Assembly: GCA_964016885.1 (NCBI GenBank)
Contig: OZ024741.1
Span: forward strand, 324,632,001-324,696,000
Length of the DNA: 64,000 bases
Origin: Eledone cirrhosa
Taxonomy: Eukaryota
Direction: 5' to 3'
Position numbers and translations under genes: made by a program
Notes under the pieces: model-generated
Database searches by the model: none
Seen by the model: only the letters and a program-made list of their open reading frames with translations
What the model was told of the DNA's origin: nothing
Shown: positions 54,646-64,000 of the stretch, piece after piece
How the letters are laid out: each line of letters begins with the position of its first letter
Numbering within the stretch: position 1 is the stretch's first letter

Positions 54646-56642
54646 CACCGTGTAACATATTTTTTGTTCCCCGGTTCTAAGTGTCATTTCATGGTTTGTT
54701 ATATCCCATTATTATTTTTAAAAAACACTATTAATTAATCAGAAGTTTGAGTTTGTGGTCAGGAGTTTGATATTTCGAAATTTCATATTTTTCAAGAAAA
54801 AACTCATTTTTTTTAAATTTATCAGTTCATATATTTAAATCAACAGAGTATATATTTATTTATTTTATTACACAAGCTTATCAAAAGCAAACAAGTAAAC
54901 ACAAATAACACTTATAAAGCAACTTATACACGTCAGAAATGACTGGATTTCCTGGATTTACAGTTGTAGTCCAGGTCGCATTCCCACACTAGCTCCCAGA
55001 TATAGTCCCCCATCATTTTTTCATTGTAGTGGCCCTGGTACCTCCGCTCTATCTCTTTCACATCTTGGTGGAATCGTTCGCCTTGTTCTTCTGAGTAGGC
55101 GCCCATATTGTCCTTGAAGTTTTCCTGGTGAGCGTCCAGCATATGGAGTTTAAGCGACATCCTGCATCGCATAGCGCCAAAAGCCTTTATGAGATCCTGC
55201 ACCAGTTGCTGGTAGTTTTCAGCTCTTTAGTTGCCCAGGAAGCCCTTAACAACTGCCTTGAAACAGTTCCATGCTGTTCTCTCAATCCTACTGAGCTTAT
55301 TGGAGAACTCGGTAGACTCAAACACCTTCTTTATCTGAGGTCCAACAAAAATTCCACCTTTGATTTTGGCCTCAGATAACTTGGGGAAGAACTCAAGAAG
55401 GTACTTTAAAGCGGCTGATTCTTGGTTGAGAGCCTTCACAAACTGCTTCATCAACCCCAACTTAATGTGCAGTGGCGGCATGAGCACAATCATGGGATCA
55501 ACCAGTGGCCCCACATGACGTTCCGGGTCCCAACTACAAATTCTGTTCGTTGCTCCCAGTTCTTTCTTTTGTAGTGGTCAGAGGTGGCTCTGCTGTCCCA
55601 AAGGCAGAGGAAGCATTGGAATTTGATAAAGCCACCTTGGAGTCCAAGCAGGAAAGCCACCATCTTGAAGTCTCCAATGATTTCCCAATTGTACTGGTTG
55701 TATTGCAGAGCTTCCAAGAGGACTTTCACACTATAGTAATCTTTCTTCAGGCAGACTGAATGAGCTAGGGGCAGTGTCGGGAACTTGTTTCCATTGTGGA
55801 GGAGGACAGCCTTCAAACTTGTGGTGGAACTGTCTATAAATAGCCGCCACTCCTTGGGCAAAAACGGCACCCCAATAACGTCAAACAGTCCAGGCACGTC
55901 ATGGCAGAAGCAGAGGCCATCCTTAAGAGTGTAAAAGCCTGAGAAAGGTTCGTGTCGACTTCTCTGACGTGTCACCTGCACTTCCTCCTTGACCATGTTC
56001 CACTGCTTCATCATGGAGACGAATAGCTCTGCATTTGACTTGGTCAGACCCATATCCCTGACCAAGTCATTGACTTCTTTTGGGTTTGGGAAGTGAGGAA
56101 CTTTTTCTGGTACCTCAGGCAGGCAATCCAGGTCCTCAGCATCCATCTCCTCCTCTTCATCAGAATACTTGTCTTGGAAAATAAATTTGATATGCAATAC
56201 AAAATAAATATTGGAAAGGGAAATACATATTTAAATAATATAAAAGAACACTAATCATACTAATAAAAATTCGTGCTTAAAACACAACTACCCTTTATTC
56301 AGGGTGCGAAAATCCAGTATCAATAAATCTCTTTAATCCACTTTTTAACAATTTTATTCTTTATTGCACTTTTATAATTTTCTTTAGATATTACTCTTTA
56401 TTTTATAATTTTAATTTAACCTGAAACATATATAAAAAAAAAAATTTAACATAAGCAAATTAAACTTACATACAACGTAAAATCCAGCATACAAATAATT
56501 CTAGTGAATAGCTTAGAATTTTTACAAACCCAAACTTTTAACTGTTTAATAGCACTTTTTTTTTATTTATTTGGGACCTAAGCAACACAAAAAAGTGATT
56601 ACAAGCCAGGAAAAGAGAAAAAAAAATGTTCGTTACACGGTG
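54646..56642 (-). mobile_element. Chapaev3-type (CMC) DNA transposon, internally deleted
   Basis: TAA-CACCGTGTAAC...GTTACACGGTG-TAA (TIRs plus 3-bp TWA TSD). Confidence 0.85.
54933..56180 (-). pseudogene. Chapaev3-type transposase core, two frameshifts
   Basis: WRLFIDSS..SLKAVLLHNGN; GDFKMV; CFLCLWDSRA; PPLHIKLGLMKQFVKAL; MSLKLHMLDAH; SEEQGERFHQD. Confidence 0.88.
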
Positions 56643-57048
56643 TAATGTTGACGTTTCACTCTACCGTGAATACCAACGTTATTTCTCAACTCAAAAAAGC
56701 TTTTAAATATAAGTTTGAAAGACGTTAAGGGCCGAAACACTTGCTTGAGAGGGGTCTCTGAAGACTTTTTGCAGTCCAGCTCTCTCACGAGTTTTTTACC
56801 ACATGAAAGCAGAGGCAATGGAAAGGAGTTCCAGCTACACCATGTCAACAAATTCCCCATACGGTTTAAATACACATCAAGTCTCCGATACACGAATGGC
56901 TAAATGTCAGCAGAAAGGCACTCATAAGTCATGGCTTGGATGCGGCCGGCCATCTTAGAGTGTGAGAGGTTACGGGCCGAGACACCAGCTTGAAGGGGGT
57001 GAGGGCTCTTCTCTGAAAATCTTCTGCTGTCCTTAATTATATATATAT

Positions 57049-57109
<61 letters not shown>

Positions 57110-57184
57110 AATCATTTATGTCCCAAGACTCTGATACCATCAACACCATAAACACAGAGGTGGCATATCTAAGAACTGACTAAC

Positions 57185-57236
57185 TGCCTGATGAGGTCAT
57201 AGCCATTCAATGGCTATCATCGAAATATATATAGCA
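57185..57236 (+). ncRNA. Type I hammerhead in a ~170-bp solo element between (TA)n runs
   Basis: tgc CTGATGA ggtc atagccat-tca-atggctat catc GAAA tatata TA gca. Confidence 0.8.
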
Positions 57237-57279
57237 ATAAATAAAGGATTATGAGTTCATGCAATTGACTTATGTTTCG

Positions 57280-57326
<47 letters not shown>

Positions 57327-57789
57327 CAAGGACGATTTGTTAAGCCTTCATTACGTTTATTGATTAGTGAAGCGCGTTTCGCTATTGATCAGATCAAGTT
57401 TCGATGTGTATCGATCTGGCCCGACTCTGGAATCAAAAGCTCGTCGGACCTCTGCTCTTGTAATGACAGAAAGAATATATAAAGCATATAAATGTCAAAC
57501 GTTTCACGTTCATATGGTGGTCAATTTATGTTGTTTTGATTGGTGGTTTAGCAATATATATATATATATATATGTTGTTTGTCTGTTCAATACAAAGCTT
57601 GACCACCCAAATCACATGAACATTATTTACAGTATGGTGTCTTATGTGGCTATTTAGACAAGGTATGGATTCAGAATGTCGACCACACAAATCACAGTTA
57701 AGTTTTAGCAAACACAGTAGTTCCTGCACTTGATGTACTTTGACATGTATCTTTGAACCTCCCTGTAATTTATAAATTTTGTGGCAGAT

Positions 57790-58785
57790 GTGGCATTGAT
57801 TAGGGTGTACTGGCTATTAGTTGCTATAGTCATTGTGCAACTGATTGTTCTGTTTTCTGGTGTGGGATTTAAGGCTGGCAGCAGATACGCATATTTTACA
57901 CGGATCATCTAAATTGGTTTCTCAAGATTAAAGATTGAATAGAAAGGATACCAGCAGCAGCTAGAACCTCAGTGACTACAGTGAAGGAGATCCATGAAAT
58001 TTTCAGGAATATGCGCAAACATTTTTGGTGAAATCTTTCAAGTAGCTTTATATAACGTTTATAGCATGTCCAGATATCAAAAAAATAAAGAGGAGACCCC
58101 ACAAAAGATTTGTATACAGAAGCATTTTTCTTGACTATAATATGCCTTTCTGACCACACACGAGATTCTTCATTTCCGAAAGACCTCGCAGCCTTCCGAA
58201 TTCTCAAGAGTATTTCTGTGTCCAAAGAACCGTTTTTATTGACAGAGCTACCAATGTATAGGAAAGATTCGTCAACCTCAAGAAGTTTTCCTTTGGTATA
58301 TATTTTCGGCTGCTGAACATTTTGACCAAATGCAGATTGACAACAGACCACAGTTTTCTTCAGGTTAATTGTAAGGTCATCACATGCTTTATCAAACAAA
58401 GAGATAAGTGATTGCAAGCCATGCTCTGTAAGACTAACAAGGTCACAAATATGAGCATACAGCACGTCTCTAAATAATTGTTTCTACTTTTTGGCACAAG
58501 GCCAGCAATTACCCAGTGTATTACTGGTACTTTATTTTATCGACCCCGTAAGGATGAAAGGCAAAGTTAACCTCGGCGAGATTTGAACTCAGAATGGAAA
58601 GGGCCGCAACTCTTTGCGAAATAATGAAGTGAAAACTGCATTTGAATTTCAATCTTGTCAGATTAAAAACTTTGACTAGTATGCGATACTTTATAAAGAC
58701 ACCCCCCTCATTGTTCAGAAAGGCGTGGGACAAGATTGCAGCAAAATAAATTGCAAATAAAGTGGGTGCAACAAGGTCCCCTGAT
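57790..58785 (-). mobile_element. Decayed RTE-type LINE interrupted by a SINE
   Basis: LVAPTLFAIYF; LTINLKKTVV; FLYIGSSV..SLDTEILLRIRKAARSFG; LERFHQKCLR. Confidence 0.8.
58476..58613 (-). mobile_element. 5'-truncated SINE family A
   Basis: Matches 51511-51640. Confidence 0.85.
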
Positions 58786-58824
58786 TTACCCCATTTTCTA
58801 TATATAATATAGGAAATATACATG

Positions 58825-58896
<72 letters not shown>

Positions 58897-59355
58897 CAGA
58901 TTTTTAGAGAAGTAATTTGATTGGTTGGTCAATAAGTATAATAAATTTCGCGCCAGTTCGCGTTACAAAGTTCTTCAAAGAAGGTGGGGGGCTGAGGTTG
59001 TTTTTTTCATATATGAGTGTTTGAATTTCTTTTTACTTAAAAAAGGGGGCTCACGAAGGCTTTTTTTTTTATAAATGTAATTTTATTGGTTATAAATGAA
59101 ATTATGGTTATCACGTGAACAAGTTCATTAAATATCGCACCCGTATTTGGGAATTTATTTTGTAGCCTTTTAGAGAATTTTATGACAAACATAAGATAAT
59201 GGTCAAGAGAAATGGGATGGTAGAATTGTTCTGGTTCAGTCAATATAGCAGGTTGTTTTTTCATAAATGAGTGAGGTTGGTTGATGTAGTCACGTGACTA
59301 AGAATATCAGCTTTCGCGTAAGTTTGTTTGAATTTCTTTTTACTTTAAAAAAAGT

Positions 59356-60550
59356 GGTGACTGCGATGGGTACAAAAGCCGCTCCAACTTATGTCAACTT
59401 AGTCATGGCATACTTAGAAGTCCAGATATATGAACAGTCCAAATCAAAATACGGATTGAAATTCCACAAATATTTATCAGAGAATTGGAAACGCTACTTG
59501 GATGATTGTCTCTTTCTTTGGTCCCACACATTCGACCAACTGAATGATTTCAAAAACTTAATAAACGGCATCAATAACCACATCCAATTCACAATGGAAT
59601 ACAGCCAAGATCAACTCCCATTTCTGGACATCTTAATCTTAAAAAAAGACATAAATATTGAAACTGACATACACTACAAACCAACAGATTCCAAAACAAT
59701 ACCTGCTATTCATCTCCAACCATACAAAGCACACGAAGACGAACATTCCTTTTAACCTAGCAAGAAGAATTTGCACAATTGTCTCCAATTATGAAACGCG
59801 AAATAAAAGACTTCAAGAATTAAAGGAAATTCTACTCGAAAGACAGTACCCACCATTACTAATAAATAATGGAATAGAAAGGGCTAAAGCAATAAGCATT
59901 GATGAATTACGAAAACAGAAACGAATTCAAGGTACGTCCAATATTCTATCATATATCTCAACACACAACCCAAGAAATGCGGAAGCTTACAACACTATTC
60001 ACAAGAACATCCCACTATTGAAACAAGACCCAAGAATGAAAAAAGCTCTTGAAACACACAAAATAATCAAAAGTAAAAGACAACCGAAATCACTGAAAAC
60101 ATTACTCACCAATGCCAAATTACCTACCACAAACACACAACCAACTGTCAAAAAATGTGATCGCTCTAATTGTGAAACCTCCACTCACCTCATTGAAGGC
60201 AACACGTATACATTTCAATCAGGACAAAGTTTTGCTGTAAAAAATCACTTCACTTGCTCATGAGAAAATCTAATTTATGCCATTAAATATAAAGGATGCC
60301 ATGAAGATTATATAGGACAAACTAAACTCACACTCAGAAACAGAATGACAGTTCATCGCCAACAATTACGAGATCCAACCACGATACAGATACCACTAAG
60401 CGCATATCTAGACATTAAATATGGTTTAATATACATTATGTCAACACCATAACATGCTAACCATCCAAACAGACACATACACACACACACAACACCATCT
60501 ACTTTAGAAAATAAAAACCCGAACTAAATAAACCTTAACATACGTTTGCG
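59356..60550 (+). pseudogene. PLE RT (motif 4 to thumb) + GIY-YIG, frameshifted
   Basis: TAMGTKAAPTYVNL; WKRYLDD; IQFTMEYS..LPFLDI; IPFNLARRICTIVS; NLIYAIK...YIGQT. Confidence 0.9.
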
Positions 60551-61724
60551 CTGACATTACAACAGAACAAATACGAATAAGTAAGGAAAATATGTTCATT
60601 CAAAAATATTCCTACTAACGGAATCATTTTCCTACGCACACACACACACACACACACACAATATATATATTCTCTTCATCTTAACATGCTAACCATACTC
60701 CCACACACACATAACACCCATACACACACATAACCTCCCCTACACACAACTCCCTCGCCCATTTCTACTAATAGAATCACATTCCTACACACATATACAC
60801 ACACAAAAAAATATATATATTCTCTCCATCTTAACATACTCCTACACACATAACACCCACATACACACACACACACACACAACTCCCTCCCGCATTTCTA
60901 CTAATAGAATCATCTTCCTATACACACACACACAAGCACACAAATAAACATACATATCTTTACTTTCTTTATTTCAATAGAAATCTGAATTCTGACACTC
61001 CAGCGAACCAACCATATTCACTGAACCAGAACAATTCTCCCATCCCATTTCTCTTGACCATTATCTTTTGCTTGTCATAAAATCCTCTAAAGGGCTACAA
61101 AATAAATTCACAAATACGGGCGCGAAATTTAATGAATTTGTTCACGTGACAATCATAATTTCATTTATAACCAATCAAATTATATTTATTAAAAAGCCTT
61201 CGTGAGCCACTTTTTTTAAAGTAAAATGAAATTCAAACAAACTTACACGAAAGCTGATATACGTAGTCACGTGACTACATCAACCAACCAAACTTCACTC
61301 ATATATGAAAAAACAACCTGCTATATTCACTGAACCAGAACAATTCTACCATCCCATTTCTCTTGACCATTATCTTATGTTTGTCATAAAATTCTCTAAA
61401 AGGCTACAAAATAAATTCCCAAATACGGGCGCGATATTTAATGAACTTGTTCACGTGACAACCATAATTTCATTTATAACCAATAAAATTACATTTAGAA
61501 GAAAAAAAAGCCTTCGTGAGCCCCTTTTTTACTCAGCCCCCCCCCCCTGTTTGAAGAACTTTGTAACGCGAACTGGCGCGAAATTTATTATACTTATTGA
61601 CCAACCAATCAAATTACTTCTCTAAAAACCTGGTGTTTCGAGCCCCTTTTTTCCATATAGAACAAGTAACATTCAAAGACCAACCAGATGTGAGAAAAAC
61701 CACAGACCCTCCATCTCAACTCTA

Positions 61725-61760
61725 CTTTTGAAAAGCAGAAGAACTGCGAAACCGGTAAAG
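61725..61760 (+). ncRNA. Minimal type I hammerhead with U3-A8 covariant core
   Basis: ctt TTGAAAA gcag-aagaa-ctgc GAAA ccgg TA aag. Confidence 0.7.
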
Positions 61761-61887
61761 GAACCAAATATATATATATTTTTTTTAAAAATAAAACACT
61801 AGTAGCATTTTCGATTTCATCTTTTTTTCTTTATACTTTCACTCGTGTAGGACATCTCGGTTATTTTTCATTTTGTAAAAAAACCTC

Positions 61888-62433
<546 letters not shown>

Positions 62434-62826
62434 ATAAAGACATGTCTTCTTCTTCGCCGGCATCTTGTTACCTTAATTTAAACTGAAAATTAATTAATGT
62501 ATAATCGATTTGCTTTATTAATTGAATAAATCATTTTTAGCGAGAGAATGGAATTTGATAATTTTATCTGTTAATGTGTTCCATAGATTTTCCAGCAGTT
62601 GATTCAAATATCGAACGGCTCTGCTCGGAAATCTTTGTGTCTCTATGTCACTGAGTTCCTCGACACTCACCTTACTCTATTTGCCTGCACACACACACAC
62701 ACAATATTGAAAATGTATATAATTCGAAGTTCCAAAGTAGAATATTTTACTCCTTTATAATTTCAGGATGAACAACATTTTTCGTAGAAGATATGTTTTG
62801 AAAAAGATTTTGAAGCCGCTGCTGGG

Positions 62827-62879
<53 letters not shown>

Positions 62880-62896
62880 CTATCTATCTATCTCTT

Positions 62897-62974
<78 letters not shown>

Positions 62975-64000
62975 TCCCGTTTCGAAAGCGTGACCGAATT
63001 TTTCAAAAGTAATTCGTAGATAGATATTTAGCGAATATGATGTTTGAAACGAATAAATGTATAATTGTTAGTTTGAACATATGTACGAGTGATGAAGTAT
63101 CAGCGTAAGGATTTGCTTGTTGTTTTGGCTGAAATGAAATTAATTTGTGTAAACTGGATTAAACCCCTGAACAAGCGGTTGACACGCTTTATGTCCTTGG
63201 TAAAATCTCTATCAATCCGATTCAATTTTGATAATCTCGAGATATGATCAGAGAAACATAAAATCATCTATTGCAGTCGAAGAGATATTTCTTCGTTAAC
63301 TTGAGATATAAAAGGTCGTTAAATCTTCGAATGATTTGTGTTAAAAGAGGAATAAAAGTTGAATCAGTAATATAATGAAATAAGATGTTTGTGTTAAAGG
63401 AATATAGTTTATAACGAGTGAAAATAAGTCAAGTTTGATACTACGTGTGGAGATGTTATGAGGTGAAAAGTTGGACAGAATATGCTGTGTTTATTGTGAT
63501 GTGTATCGAAAATCTGTAAACGTGTAAAAATGACAGAGGCTAAAAATGTATGTTACAAAAATATGAGAGTGTAAGAAAATAAACTGTAATCAAAGAATAA
63601 AACCGTCCGTCTCGTTGACATAAATAGTCACACAAACAAATGTTTCGTGTAAATTCAGCATCGGAAATAAAGATTCTATGGTTCTTTACAGTCTGCCTTG
63701 ACGTCAACTGAAGAGGAACTGATTGTTCTTGCCCTTGAGCAGTCTATGAATATTTTAGCTGACCTTCGTTTGTTCAGAACAATGGCAACATAAAACAAAA
63801 TTCTAGATACAACAGATATCACTGTTAGTTTTCAACGGTTGATATTAAAGTAAAGGTAAATTCATTAAAAAAACACCTACTGGAGTTCGAAGAAATTCTT
63901 TTTTCCTAGTTTTTTTTCGTGTGTGTGTTTTCAACTAATCTGACCTAGGACAGGCTTGCTATCAACTTTTTTTTCGAAAAAGGAATGGGTTGAGAGCCCC

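Larger units (their letters stand above)
58897..61895 (+). mobile_element. 5'-truncated PLE (Neptune-like) with inverted 3' UTR copy and terminal HHR
   Basis: ~58897-59352 inverted relative to ~61210-61632; ~309-bp tandem duplication (61012/61321); (TA)n on both sides. Confidence 0.88.

Noticed and set aside
59037-59264. Duplicated small ORF MKKQPA... (also 61305-61625)
   Set aside because: Chance ORF in the inverted copies of the PLE 3' UTR
60261-60263. In-frame TGA before the GIY-YIG motif as selenocysteine
   Set aside because: Explained by a single TCA>TGA change in an already frameshifted copy; no SECIS recognised

Overview
AT-rich, microsatellite-saturated eukaryotic DNA made almost entirely of repeats. 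The SINE families and (TA)n/(CA)n/(GA)n load suggest an octopus or other coleoid cephalopod (inference). No host protein-coding exon could be supported. The window holds about 8 Penelope-like element (PLE) remnants with RT and/or GIY-YIG sequence, RTE, L1/Tx1, R4-like and RLE-bearing LINE fragments, two tRNA-derived SINE families, a head-to-head mariner derivative and a Chapaev3-type DNA transposon with TIRs and a TAA TSD. Main observation: reading both strands by eye shows about 20 type I hammerhead ribozyme (HHR) motifs (stem I - CUGANGA - stem II - GAAA - short, often palindromic stem III - UH - stem I). They lie in PLE termini and in short ORF-less fold-back or partial-tandem elements inserted in (TA)n. 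These include a ~420-nt circularly permuted retrozyme-like unit, recurrent core variants (CCGANGA, UUGAAAA), and a 271-nt permuted unit that carries a tRNA-like cloverleaf and no HHR. All folds were paired manually; element boundaries are approximate unless a TSD or TIR is cited.
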